Under the pieces are notes generated by a model. The model was not told where the DNA came from. It did no database searches and saw nothing but the letters and a program-made list of their open reading frames with translations. Shown here piece after piece: positions 38,946 to 52,700 of a stretch of 63,412 nucleotides of DNA. How positions within the stretch are numbered: the first letter of the stretch is position 1; each line of letters opens with the position of its first letter. Source of the stretch: Catajapyx aquilonaris (lineage: Eukaryota); contig KZ538544.1 of the NCBI GenBank assembly GCA_000934665.2, forward strand, positions 1 through 63,412. Direction: 5' to 3'. Made by a program: the position numbers and the translations under genes.

Positions 38946-41900
38946 ATGGACCTGGCCGTCCCCATGACCACATCGGGAGGGCAGCAGGTGTACGGTGAGC
39001 ACCCGCCGCACCTTCCCCCGCAAGTTGTGCTTGATTGAGGGCCGTTAACAAGTATACTGGGTCGGAGGCCGCCTCTTCTCCCATACACAACAACACTGAG
39101 GGCCCCCCATTAGGAAAAGGCGGCCCCTCCCTTTCCCTCCATTGAGGCCTGGTTACCTGTCCAGTCGCCACTCCCTCGGAATAATTCGGGGTCCGAGCAC
39201 AAGCATTTCCCATTCCACTAGAGAAAATACATCATGCACTTTGGGGGCCCCTCTCTATGGGCGGGAACATTACATAAGTGGAGGGAAAATAGAAGCAGAC
39301 TGCATGCAGTTGAAACTGGAGGTCAGGCACCTGCCTGCAGAGCTTGTCTGATGCCCGGGGCAGGACTCATGTTAGAGGCCCCTTCTTGTAAAGTCATAAA
39401 AAACATGTGACCAAAACAATTACTATTGACCTTTAGCATTGAAGTCACAAATGCACATGTTATTATGGTTACACGGTTGGGAATGATTGGCAAGTTAACC
39501 GTCTAAGGCGTATAAAGAAGTTGCAATTGGAAATTAATTCTGCTTGAATTTTACAAATATACCACATCATATTAGTGATGTTTGCATGTTTAGTTCATAT
39601 GTTGGGTTGGGTTAGCTTGCGTCTCCCTTCATCGCTGACTACCTCATAGGGAAATGTCATGATGATTATGATGATGCTTGCAATTTCGGTTAAAATGAAT
39701 AAATAAATGAATAAATAAATAGATTTATACATGTCTCCATGTTTTGCCAACCATTTTGAGACATCATCTGCAGCAGGAGTTCTTAACATTTCCGAGCCTC
39801 CGCACCCCTTTGAAGACAGTTGGTTCTTGTCGCACCCCCTATACCAGGGGTGNGTCATTGATTAAATGTTGTGGTGAATGTATTCCAGCTATCCAGATCC
39901 AACCCAGCCAGCAGTCACAGCATATCCAGCAGCAGTCTGAAGATGTTCACATTTGCGGGGCGTGCAAGCTGCAGTTCTCGGACATTGATGCGTTTGTGGC
40001 CCACAAGCGGTCCTCCTGCCTGGGACATGCCATCAAGACCGATCCTGCAGGGCAGGCAACTAGTCACGTGCCTGCAAACACCCAGGCTATGTCACAGGTG
40101 CCCTCTATTCAAATCACGGCTCCGATTCAGACCTCGGCGCCAACCACGGCTACGTACACTTTGGCACCAACTACGGCCACTTACACTTTGGCACCAACCA
40201 CAGCCACTTACACTTTGGCGCAGGGGCCGCAGGGCACTGGGCAACAGCCCCTGTTTCGGGTCATTCTTGAGGGTGAAGCAACAGAGTCGGGCCAGCAGAG
40301 AATCTTGTTGCAGCAAATACAAGACAGTGCCAGCATACTGCGCTCGCGGCTTACGGCTGAAGGGGAAAGTGTGCTCCCGGATGGGTCCTACTCTGCAAAT
40401 AATCAGCAACGAACTACCGTGAGGGACTTCCAAACATCGGATGAGGAAGATGTTGCCACTCTGCTTGCCAGCCAGCTGGTAACGGTGACTGATGATAAGG
40501 ATGTGAAGAAAAAGGATTCAGCACAGGAAACAATTCAGCAGATTCCTGTAATTATAGACATATTTTGGGTATGACGTGTCAATAATTCTGTTCCTTTTTT
40601 CCAGCAAAATACCCAGGCCCCAGTGGAGCACATAGTAGTAGTGTCGGAGCCCATGTCAGAGGCTGTCGGAGTGGTGTCAGAGGCTGACCTACGTGAATCT
40701 GGGCTGACTTACACTTTTCAACAGCAGCCAGAGACACCAGCAAAGTCCCCAGCCAAGCGTCCCATACGAAAGAGTCTCATTTCCAATAAAGAGTCAGAGG
40801 CTGTGTCTGTGACTGTCTTGGCGCCTGTGGAGTATGAGCCCCCAGAAAAGGAAAAACCAGCTCGAGGCAAGAAGAAGCATGACTGCACTGTGGAGGGTTG
40901 CAACTTCAGTACTCCTTACGCCAAGGACCTGGTGAGGCACATGAGGAAGCACACGGGGGAGAGGCCCTACCCTTGCTCCATGTGCAATCGTCTCTTCTCC
41001 CGGGCGGACAAACTCCATACGCACATGAGGATCCACACGGGAATCAAGCCCTATCGATGCGACAAGTGCGAGTATGCTGCAGTGGACAGTGGGAGCCTGA
41101 GGAAGCATCTGAGAACCCACACTGATGAGAGGCCCTACAAGTGCCAGATTTGCTCCTACAGTGCCAGAGATTCATCACAACTCACTGTACATCTCAGGAC
41201 TCATACAGGTGATGGTGATAATCGACTCTAGATTTTGAAGTCATGCTGATACTAACATACCAAGGGACATGTAAGGTTCAGTTGCTTATGGCTTGGCATT
41301 GCAATCTTTGGGATGAGTGACTAATAACATTAATATCCATAATAAATGTGACAAGAAGCAAACTTCTCCTCAGAAATGTCATCCAGCAATAAATGCTGTT
41401 TTTATTCTTCCTGTGACAGTTGAAAATGCAGAATGATTATTATTTTCCAAACTAAAACTCACAAAAACACACTTAAGAAGCAGAGAGGTGGCCTTGCGTT
41501 GCTAATCTTATCATTGAACATGGAAGGAATTATTGAGAACCTTGCAGAATTAAAAGTTTGCTGAAGAAGCACTTAATGGGTCTTGTCTAGCATTATGGTG
41601 CCCCAATGGAGAGAGAAAGTTTTACTGTGTACAGAATGTTTCATCCCACAAGTTTCATGACTTATAATGGAGTGTGAGAAAGGAAAGGGTTGGGGGGCCC
41701 TGACTGACCTTGGTATGCCACTGCCAATAATTATGAGAAGTTTGGTGCATTGCATGTACTGATTCCTGATATCGGTTTGTACTCTTGTACATGGCAGATG
41801 ATACTTCAATTACTGTTTTATTTTGTTTGTAGGTGACACCCCATTCAGCTGCCCTATAGCCGATTGCCCTGCCGCATTCAAGACAAGTTCAGATCTCAAG

Positions 41901-43003
41901 CGACACATGCGAATGCATACGGGTGAGAAGCCCTACGCATGTGACAAATGTGAATACAGGTGTGCCATCAAGTGTGAGTATCAAGTTGTGAAGGTTACAG
42001 TGTTCTAAAGCAACCAAAGCTAATGCAACTCTAAAAAATGCAGCCAACCTGAAGGTGCACGTGAAATTGAACCATCTAGAGGGTGCGGTGTACACCTGTG
42101 CCCACTGTGACTTCACAGCTAATTCAAAGGTGGCTGTGAAGAAGCATGAAAGGACTCATGCTGGTGAGAGACACCTTTCATAATTATATGTAGGGGCTTG
42201 GACATGTTGCAGGAAATAATCTTGGAACAAATAATCTGGATGTCACAGAATTATGAAAATTTTTGCATGCGGGACCATAACACTACAATATTCTTTTTAT
42301 TACATTCACAGGTCAGCGGAACTTTTCAAAGAAGCGCGACAAGCCTGTCAAGAAGAAGGAGTCATCACCTACCCCCAAACAACAACGCACTAATGTGAGC
42401 AAACCAACTGTGGCCACTCCTTCATCAACCGCACCACGCCCTCTGTGCATCAAGGCCCACAAGTGCACCTTCTGTGAAGCTGCCTTTGTGCGTGAGGATT
42501 CCTGGAGGAGTCACATGCGCCAGCACCAGCAGAATTCTGCAGCTGCAGCTGGCACTGTCACAACAAGTGCAGAGATGGTGAAGGGGAATCTTGGCGGGCA
42601 CTACGTAATCGCACTGAATGGGATGGGGCAAAAGGATCGTGGCGACATTCCAATGCAGGTGCAGCTACCGGTGCAATCTGGTGAGGCACCAGTGCTGGTG
42701 TACGTGCCAGCTCAAGCGACAGTGCAAGGTGAATCCAGCAACACAGCTGAGATACTAGCATCACTTAACCAGCAACCTCATGTGCAGCCAACGCAGATTG
42801 CTGTAGGCCACGGATCGTACATGACTGTCTCAGCTGAGAACCTGGAACAATTAGGTGCCACTGTGCAGTATGTGATTGCCAATCCAGTGGACCTGCAGGG
42901 ATTAGTGCAGGATGGGAATTTCTCTGCCGGGCAGGTAATGCCCGTTTCAGTTCAATCAGTGGTGCCCATGACGGAGAAACCAGAAGAGAAGAAAGGAAAC
43001 TGA
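38946..43003 (+). CDS. ZFP64-like C2H2 zinc-finger protein (~754 aa); exons 38946-38994, 39889-40547, 40605-41208, 41833-41973, 42044-42163, 42312-43003
   Basis: The exons join in frame (2265 nt) across GT-AG introns. N-terminal [26 protein letters not shown] finger typical of ZFP64/ZNF341-type proteins, a tandem C2H2 array ([45 protein letters not shown]), and an isolated [21 protein letters not shown] finger. Confidence 0.88.
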
Positions 43004-44168
43004 AGGAATAATTTGAGGTTGTGGCCTTATTAATGGCATTCTGGTCATCATTTTATGTTCCATAATCAGGGCATTAATGTAAGAAATCTGTCATTATCAT
43101 ACTAGGGAAGTAATAGTTCAATCTGCACCCAGAAATGTGGTAAGAAGTGTTTGTAATCTTGCTCTATCATGAACATCATCATTAGTTTTACTCTTGGTTA
43201 ATCATGGACTGTAGTTGGTGGTAGAAGTGAACAATTTTATTAATTTAGTCATAAACCGTAACCGAGTGATAATTTTTTTACGTTTGACTTTTACTCTTTA
43301 CAGTCCCATTAGGAATGGGTTAAAGAATATACGAAAGATATTGCAGATCACTAGTTTACAACCTTAAGAAATTTCAGAAGGGATGTCCCTTCAAGCTAGT
43401 GATTCACTTGTACATTGTGCAACATTAAGATCATCGATGAAATCTGTCAGTGTTGTTGCTTGAAGCTCAATGAAATTTTGGGAATAAAACCTTCGGGAAA
43501 GAAAAGGAGGGCTGATACGGAATAGGGGGAAAGGAAGGCATTTTGGCATTATCAGATGCACTTGGCATGAGGGGCACAATCTGGAATATGCTGGAATCAA
43601 GGCCTGTTTACACAAAGCCATTCTTATGCATCTGCCACAGCTATCGATGTATCAGTGTTCATTTTCTTTGCTGATGTTGTGGGACAATGTTGTCACCATC
43701 AACAATGTAGAGGAATGCTGATTTATTAATAGCTACTGCAGCTGCATAAGGTCTTGGGTAAACTGGCCTTTAAAATCCTGTGTGAGCAGCATCTGCAGGG
43801 GATTCTGTTACTAGGCCAACAGACTGCTAAGTGAATTCCTGGTTACCAAGGGATCATTCTGTACAAGTTGGTCTCTATAGCCTTATTATGGAGATAATGT
43901 GCTTCTGGAAGGCAGGGAACTCAAAGGAGCATTGTGCAGGTGTATGAAATGACCTTATCAAGCAATATCATATAATAGGGAGTTACTTTCCGCCCACCCT
44001 GTAGTGTGCAAGAGCTAAGAGAGCTCCATGACTAGAAAGGAGGTTGGGATAGGTGCGGGATAAGTTGGTAAGGCCCAGGCGTGTTTTTTCTTCTTTTTTA
44101 CGGGTGGCAAGAGATAGATTGAACATCTTCACTGAATATCGCCACTTGTTTGTCTATGTGGTGAGGTA

Positions 44169-44379
44169 CCCCCGCGAGCATAAAGATGGAGACGGCAGGC
44201 CCTCTTTTGACCTTTCTTTATCCGACTCAAATTAATGAACTCTTTTGGGACCGAGTTAGCTGCATCAGGCGTGTGTTCGTGTATTTATGACAGTATATTT
44301 GCTACCGTAATAGCTGCAATTGGCAGAGCAGCCTGCCGAAGGTGAGGGCCTGCCGTCTCTATCTTTATGCTCGCGGGTG
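44169..44379. mobile_element. Tc1/mariner-type MITE, 211 bp
   Basis: 36-bp TIRs CCCCCGCGAGCATAAAGATGGAGACGGCAGGCCCTC / GAGGGCCTGCCGTCTCTATCTTTATGCTCGCGGGTG (2 mismatches), with TA on both sides. A related solo end lies at 4438-4474. Confidence 0.8.
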
Positions 44380-44585
44380 TACTTTAAGCCAATTCTGTTG
44401 TGGATACTCAATGTGGCACTCACAGGATATACAAGGGCTAGTCGAAACAAATTGATACTGTTTTTTTATATGATGATGAGAATTAGTTCACCACTTGTGG
44501 TGAGTGGCATCGTGTAAAGCAGTGGTTCCCAAAGTTATTTTTCTCGAGGCACCCCTACACACACCGAAAATAATTGACATTGGCA

Positions 44586-44629
44586 GAGTGGAGGCAAATA
44601 TGAACCTAGGTTCATATTTGCCTCCACTC
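44586..44629. repeat. Perfect 44-bp palindrome without spacer
   Basis: GAGTGGAGGCAAATATGAACCT|AGGTTCATATTTGCCTCCACTC. Confidence 0.95.
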
Positions 44630-47600
44630 CATTGTCACTGTCGCCTGGGATAGAATATTCGAACAGGAATTGTTGTTCAAATACTCCAAGACATGCTTTA
44701 CACAATGACACTCAGCACAAGCCATGAACTGATTCTCATTATCATATAAAAAATCAGTCGCAATTTGTATTGATTAACCCTTGTGTGAAAGTTTCCATTA
44801 CACTATTTGGCCCAAAATAAATTACGGTACATAAAATTATCTGACAACCATCTGCTGAATTTTCTCAGGAAGCCATTGGTCTAGAAGTGTAATATGACCT
44901 AACACTAATCCACTGTGGTGTAATGTCCCTAAGTTATATTATAGGTTATGGATTAAGGTGCTTTTCACCTGCATTACTGTTAGTTTACAACTTGGATCTG
45001 GATACAACATTTTGGTCGAGATGAATACCAATAGAATCACCAAGAAATTTATCATGTCACATTAGAATTTTATTAAATTTCATAGTTTCATTTTACTTCA
45101 TAATGCACGATATAATATTTTTTGTTGACCAGTTGCTTACTGAGGAATGCAAGCTTGCACAAACACTTGGGTAGACAGTCGTGAAATGACTGAATCAAGA
45201 ATGTGTGCAGGGAACAGGATGTGAAACTCGGATCTCTTACTTGCCTAGTGAAGGGCTTGACCTCTTCCCACACATTTCTTGCAACATTTTTTGACCAAGG
45301 CCCTCTTCAGGAGCGGCCAAAGATCCTGTGGCCTAATTATATTCCACTTGTAATACTCATGTGCAAATGGTCAATCACCAGCAAAAGTCTAATAAAGATA
45401 AGAATTTTACAACTTTTTTACTGGGAAAGGACAGCTTACTTATGGTATAAGTGGCCAATAAAATTTTTGCTGTAGTAGGTGGGCCATGGTCTCAAAAATG
45501 TTTGAGAAGCACTGCTCTATGATACTGTGTGTACCCTCCTACTAAATAAATTGGGACATTTCACCATGTTTCCCAAACACTTCTTACCACTTAATTACTA
45601 GTTTTAATAAATCAAGGTGAAGGAAAGTTTTCTCCCCCCCACATTTGGTACAAGATCTTCCGTGACTGAAATATCTCATTCCATTGTATATTTTTTATGA
45701 GCTGTGTACTTTTTGTATTGTGTCGACTTCCATTTATAAACTTTTGACTAATAAAAACAGTGTAGCAGACACTAACCGCTGCGTATTGATTTCTGGCAAA
45801 GGGTCACCTCAAATGGAGAGTAAGTGTCTCGCAGGTGGCAGCGACTGTGACACTGATTACTTAATAGCAATGGAAGGAAGGGACAGAATTGGGATCCCCA
45901 AAATAAGTTATCGGCAAGAGATATTACAAAGGACTCCCCCAAGACCAAGGGGTTCTGTTACTTTTAATCTAGTTATCCCAGGGCATTAAGTGTTACTCCC
46001 CGAGCCAAGCGACCAATTTGATTTTGTGCCCTCCCCTGAATTTTCCGGTCTGAAACGGAACGTTCTTTTCCAACCGTGAGAGAGGAAAAACTAAACAACC
46101 TGACAGTAATATTGGACTATGTGCAGGGAAGCAGCACTCCATGTATTTTTGGGGGATCCCCTTAATCTCCAGAGGGTCCAATTCTCCTGCTGCTGTACAA
46201 GTGAGCGATGCCTCTGGGATGCAGTTTTCATGAGCATGGCCATCCCTCCCATACAATTTATCCAGCAGATGGGAACAACCAAAATAATTAAAGTTTAAAA
46301 AACCAGTGTCTAGGTGCTGCTTTGTCTCTCCTTGTTGTTTTCTGTCCGAATGATTTTAATCTTGTTATTCAGTTACAGTGTTGTACACAAATTATTGCAA
46401 ATTCTGAGCAAATGGTGATTAATAATGTTGGAATTGTTTCTTGAGTTGAACTGTGGACCGGTTTGGTCAAAACATTTTCAAAAAATACATAATTATAATT
46501 TGACATCATTATTTTTCAAAGCGTTAATTATTCTGCGCACAGAACGCCGCAGTTTGCCTGGTGAATAATCACGATACCACACCGGCATAATATATTATGC
46601 ATTGTTTCATTGTTCCTATAATAGTGAAACGTGAATACACAATAAGCAACGAGCCGATGATTGCATACAATACAGGAACATGGAATAGCTATTGAATGCG
46701 GTCTGGTCACAACATACAGCACTTTAATCATATTAATTATTAATGCTGATTGCAGTTGTAGATCAGGAAGACTGAAATGGAGGTGAATATTTTTCAGCTC
46801 TAATCGCGTTTAAAAAAATTACATTGCATTGGCAAAAAATAATCGGATCTACACGTTATGGGCTCTATCTCCCCCCAAAAAAGTCCCTTATTCTCCAGCC
46901 CATAAAAGCACCGTCCAGCCAGCAGTTATGCTAAGTGGACACTCTCTCCGGGAGCTAGAAAAAGGTGAAATGTCCTCAGAGAGTTCCTCGAAAGGTAGTC
47001 CCAAGAGGAGTGAGTCCACCATTAATAAAAATGGCTTCCTGGCCCTCTCTTGGATGGATCTCATCAGGAAAAGAAGAAAAGGGAGAGGGGGGGGCGATGA
47101 TAATGTCCGTGTCCAGCCAGCTAGGAGAAGAGGTCCAGAGGCATCGGTATGGCGAAAAATGAGACGGGAGAAAGAGTGGGAAAGGGTCTTATCGGACGTT
47201 ATGGCCATTTCCCTGCCGGTCGAGGCCCACCAGCCGAGGCCTCTAAAAGGTTCCCCAGAGATGGTCCATCCGATGATTCCGAAGGTGATAACCCAACTGG
47301 GAGCAGCTTCTTCTTCCTCTCTTTTTCTTTAAAGAGTCCGAGCGGAGGGAGCCCTTAGCTGATTGAAATTGGGAGCTGACGCGCGACCGGACCACCACGA
47401 TGCTGTCCAAAGAGGGAGTGACCACTCTTCCAGGTCAGATTTACTGGACTATCAAGATGGGAACCACCAGGTCCATTGAAAAAAATTTAGCTTCAAATTG
47501 ATAACCTTGTTGCATCGGGGACAAAAAAAAAAAGGTCATTTGACGAGAGTGCGGCCTACTCCCGCGGCTGTTAAATAAACACCGCTCCAGCCACACTCAC

Positions 47601-49574
47601 CTATTCATGAAACACAAATGTCATTCGTGTGGAATGAACCTAATTGGAAGCACACATTTCGACAGCAAACCGTTCACCTGTCCAAATCAGCTTATAATAA
47701 TTTATTATTCATTGCGGCCTGGTTGGGGGAGGGGATGGGGGGAGGGTGCTGGGATTTTAATTTGAAGCGTTTGCAGGCCGATTTGCACAAGCACTCCAAA
47801 AGCGTGTTGTGTGACATGTAGCAATTTTCGGGCACATTTTTAGGACCGACAGCGAGGACAGGGGGTTGGCATATATGGAAGGTATTATACCGATGTGTGT
47901 GGAGCTGAAATTTTTTTTCGTATAAATTGAATTCAGACCTTTTCATGGGATAAGGGCATCTCCTGCTGGATACTGCCCGGATATAGGTGTAAGGTAGTTC
48001 GATGCAGTTTAATCCAGGTCTGCGTTGGCGGAACGACTTGAAAGAATGCTCAAGGAGAAAAGCATCCTGGGAGAAGAAGAAAGAAAGAAAAGGGTGGGGT
48101 GGGTGGAACTGCGAGGCACATCAATGCCCGGATGCAGTGACCCATGAGATGGGCTTCATCAGCTCCTTGGCCATTGCATTCCAACCCAAGGAAGAGTCGG
48201 GGAAAAGAAAAAAAAAATAGAGACTCTTTTTTTCCCCACCCAAAAGCCAAACGAAAGCAATACTTTTTTCGTCCCCTTTTTTATCGCGCTTGTCAGATAA
48301 AAAGACGCGCAGAAACAGGTAGTTTCTCAATCTCACACTTTCAATCTATTTGTGTGAATCCAATCGCTTTCATATCAATTTGAAATGGATTCAATGCGAG
48401 GACTCTTCTGGATACCTTTTTTTCGTAAATGGAATTTGATACAGGACTGTGATGGGATCCAACCGAAGAACACCTGCGGCATCCCATCTCTCCATATTTA
48501 AAACCGTGTGGTACGACGGTTAGCACTGAGGCAGTGAGGGAGCCAAAATGGCGTTAACGAGTGGTCCGACAATTATATGTAGGATTTACGACCTCATCCC
48601 GGCCCAGCATTTGGACAGCAGATGAAAATAAACATCCCGACCGCCGACTCATCACGTTCACATCTCCTGGCCATATATAGTTGCAGGGCTCCCTTATTCT
48701 CTCTCATATACAGCAGGCCCCCCGTGGACGTCACACAAATCTCCTTAATTGCATCAAGACAAGCATGTTCATCCTAGCCCCCATAGCAACATCCTCCTCT
48801 ACTATATTGTCCACACTCCAGCTCGTATATTTCAGAATATGGCCCAAATTTTGTTTCCAAATTTTTGTCCAATTTTTTAATAAGCACACAAGGAACAGGC
48901 TGACTTGCACTGCCACCTACAGCGATATTACTCAACTTGATGCTTCATGGCATGACTGCTCGATAAGGAGGAGTCACATGCATGGGGCTGAGAATTTTAT
49001 CGTGAGAGAAGGCGATATATAATGTACCTTAACACTAGAGGTAAGTGCACGTTACAATCTGAGGATGTGCGTATTGACAGCACTTTGGCGCCAAACGACG
49101 TCGAATTATTACGGCGGAATTGGTATTCACGGGGCCCACGCACATCTTGAGAGCGATCGCACTGTATGCAGCAATTAGTGAAGCAAGAAAGCCTCGTTGT
49201 CAAATCCCGGTGGGCCAATGAAAAGAGCTCCAGAGTTAATGACCCACAATGCCCATCAAGGCGCCCTCCACGTCAAATTGCACCGGGCCACGTTTAGCTT
49301 CACGTGGGTAACAATGGATTAAGCATTGTAGCCCAAACGCTGCCCAAATACGCCTCCAAACACAGATCCGGAACAATACTTGACTAGGGATTAAAAGTGC
49401 AATGGAACCTGATCTCCAATAACAATATAATATTTATTATAATATTATTATAATAATGGAGCAAAGCTGTGAAGCCTATATCTATGGGAGAAAAATTGCT
49501 TGATATAAGCTCAATTTTTTTTGCTAAGACTGCGTTTGCGATGGGGAGGGCTGCGGATGTGGGAAAATAATGGA

Positions 49575-49700
49575 CTGTGGGACATTTTGGGCATTTGCCT
49601 GGGAACTAACCAAGAAAGATAAATCTAACCACAGAACCAGGGTATTCGACTAGAGAATTGAATCCGGAGACTCCCTGAAGGAAGCCCGGAAGAAAGGAAG
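49575..49700 (-). mobile_element. Old, degraded SINE remnant
   Basis: GGCATTTGCCTGGGAACT...AACCACAGAACCAGGGTA...GAATTGAATCCGGAGACTCCC resembles the reverse strand of tRNA-SINE heads, including family A here. Confidence 0.4.
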
Positions 49701-52700
49701 CTCACTCTATATACGCTCGAATCCCTCTTGCATATAGGCCTGCAGTATATTTAGCAGGAAAATAATCTATCGAGTCTTCAAACAAGTTTTTCAAAGCATC
49801 ATGCGTTATTACGACAAATTTTTCGTGACTGTTGCCAAATTGTATAAGCCCACATTTTTGCCACTTTGATGTCAACAAACTAGCTCCTGTTTCATATTAA
49901 CGCAGGTCCGGTGTCAGCACGCACAATAACAAATCAATATCAGCTCTCATACTTTACACGCACTTGTGCATAAAGTGCGTACTTGTAGTGTCAGCCATCG
50001 ATAATAATGTTGCCATCATTTTGCAACAAATTTCAAGTGGCTGGCGGAACACGAACCGTCGGAAAACTTGTCCCCCTCCGTTTTGAATATTTGACACCAC
50101 GTCAAAAGAGTGGGGCTCAGATGTTCATAATCAATAAGCCAGTGTGATGGAAGTGATGAACACTTTCCCGTCGCGTTTGATGGACGTTAAATATTCACAC
50201 AGCGCTCTCCAGCCGAGTCAAGTGGCTAGCCGGACACGTGTTCGCACTTTGCCCATTTTCGGACCACCTCCTGGGCGCCCCCCTAGGGCGGGGTCAGAGG
50301 GCAACAAAAGGAGTGGAAAGCCTTCCCAATCATAATCAGGAAGCCTCCGGAGCCGATCGGACATTTACTTACTTCTCCACCGCCGCTGCAAGCAAATTGA
50401 GCTGAGCGCCAAGGTAAACAGTTGTTTATTGCCCCCCACCCCCTGCCCCTACCTTCCCATCCCCCAGCACTGGCCCAACTCAAACAAATCCAGGCCGACT
50501 CCAGCCTTTCGTTTACTCGGAAGCAGCTTTACCCCTGCCGTGCAAGCAACCCACCACACACGAGAGCCACTTGGGTTTCATACCAGCTCAGGATAGAGAG
50601 TTGGAGGGAAGAAAAAAAGTAAGCAGGAAAATTGGACATCCCTGTGGTGAGGGGGCAGGGAGGGAGAGGTCAGCAAGCTTCCAATTCCTCCCCCCTCCCT
50701 CCCCCTACTCTTGGCCTGGACGTTTGATTTCCTGCCTGCATGGCTTCCGTTCGGGAAGGATGGAAAGGCCTCAAGAAGAGGACCAGGAGACCTTTCATTT
50801 CTGGTCGGGATCGACAAGAGTGTCCCTCTTGATGAAATTACGCCGCATTCTCAATTTCCTGCCCGAATCGTTCTCTCGGCCAAAAGAGGGTGGGCTGGAT
50901 GGGTGGCCAGAGTTTGGGAGGAGGGGGGGATCAAACCAGTTTCGCCGAATAGAGTTGAGTCGAATTGGTGGTTTTAAGGGTTCCATACATTTCTGTATAC
51001 ATGCTACCTCAGTAAAACAAGTCCGCCCTGATTGCGCTTGATATTTGATTTGTCAAGTGTTAATAACAAACGAAACCTGGTAGAACATGAGTGTACCAAA
51101 ACTGATAACAAACGATTAAACAAAAAAATATGATTTGCCACAATTTCTTCAGCTGTGCGTAAAAAGGGTTTATCACTCCAGCTTCATCCGAGTTATACCC
51201 TGTCCGAAACTTGACATTAACTGCAATTATCTGACGAATGGCATTTCGGCGAAACTGCCATGGACTGGGGTAGTGAGGAGTGGGCAGTGAGGAGGTTGAC
51301 CCTCCCCACTCCACTTTTCCAGCCTTCAATTTCTTCCTCTGCCCACTCCCTCCAAGCCCCAGCCTCCACCAGCAGCCGACTCTATCTCATCTCCTGGAGA
51401 CAAGTGTTGGGGATCAAGGAGACTGCCAACTCCAATTGGACACAGAAAAAGGTAAAGGAAAGTGTTGCTTCTCCAGAGAAACAATAACATCCCAGTAATA
51501 TTTCCCTTGGGGAAAAGGAGCAAACTTCAATCAGCCAGCCAGCAGTAGAAGCCTAAGGAAGAAAATAAAGCAACATTTGAAACCTGCTTGAAAAAAACTG
51601 GTGCTTTCAATGCTCCAAAAAGGACTTCCTCCTTTTTTTATATGGGAAGCTGGTCAAGAGGGATGCAAAACTTTTCTGTTATTGCTTCCCCCATTCACCC
51701 CAGAACACTACTACAACTTGCATTTATATGTAAGGCGCTTCTGTTGGACCAGCAGGCTGACCTTCCTGGAGAAAAAAATGGAAAAGAAGGCTACCAATCA
51801 AGAAGGCTTGGCAGACAGCAATAGCATCTGAGAAGGAAAAATGCTCTCCTTTAGAAAATCCGAAGGGAGGGGAACCATCCGTTCTCATCTGAGCAGCTCC
51901 ACAGTCATTTCTCATGTACATTCCTCCGCCTTTCAACGCTCCTTTTTGGCCAGCTAGCTTCTTTCCTTCAGAACCAAAAAATCTTCCTGCACAGACTGTT
52001 TTCTTCTCTCTCTTCCATAAAAAAATATATATACTGTATGTAGCATGGCCGGAAAATTAATGACAAAGTAGTGCTGACTGGTTCCTTTTTCTAATGATCT
52101 GTAGGGGAACCTGTCAAACTATTGATCATTGGAATTTATCCGCATAAGGGATTAGAGAAGGAAGGGTCCATCCCTCATCTGTCCATGTTGAGGAATGTGC
52201 TTCCGCCACCATCCGATCTAATGATTCCTCCGAGTGTCAAACCAAAAATTGATGAGCTTCGGGACTTCCATCCCCTCCAACTGCCCCAAAAAAGAGCCAC
52301 CCTTTTCAGCAGACGAAGAAAAGTGACGGATATAGGAATCCAGTGAATCAGCAGAGACTGATCAAAGGGCCCCTACCACCCTAACTATATGTTCTGAATT
52401 GAGGATATAGGGAGGGCACAAAAATGGACACCACGTAGGTGAAATAATGTAAAGTGTATGAACTCGAGGGATGCAACACTGTAGCCGTTGCATGTAAACA
52501 ACGTAAATATAACATTCAGCCCTAAGGACATCCTGTTTATTATTCAGTATAGTCAGGAAGTTTCTAGCTAATATCTTAATTATTAGGTCGTATAATTGTC
52601 TCTTAAGTGGGCTGTATATTGCAACAGCTTAATATTAAAAGGTACTTGAATGAGAAAATTGCGATGTGTCCCGCCAATTAAACTCAACCTGTTGTGATCG

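Noticed and set aside
44520..45514. Single intact hAT MITE between CAGTGGTTCCCAAA and TTTGAGAAGCACTG
   Set aside because: The 8-bp flanks (GTGTAAAG vs CTCTATGA) do not match, so these are probably fragments.
46829..47332. 167-aa ORF and other unassigned ORFs in 12-31 kb and 45-63 kb
   Set aside because: No recognisable domain, coding bias or consistent splice structure.
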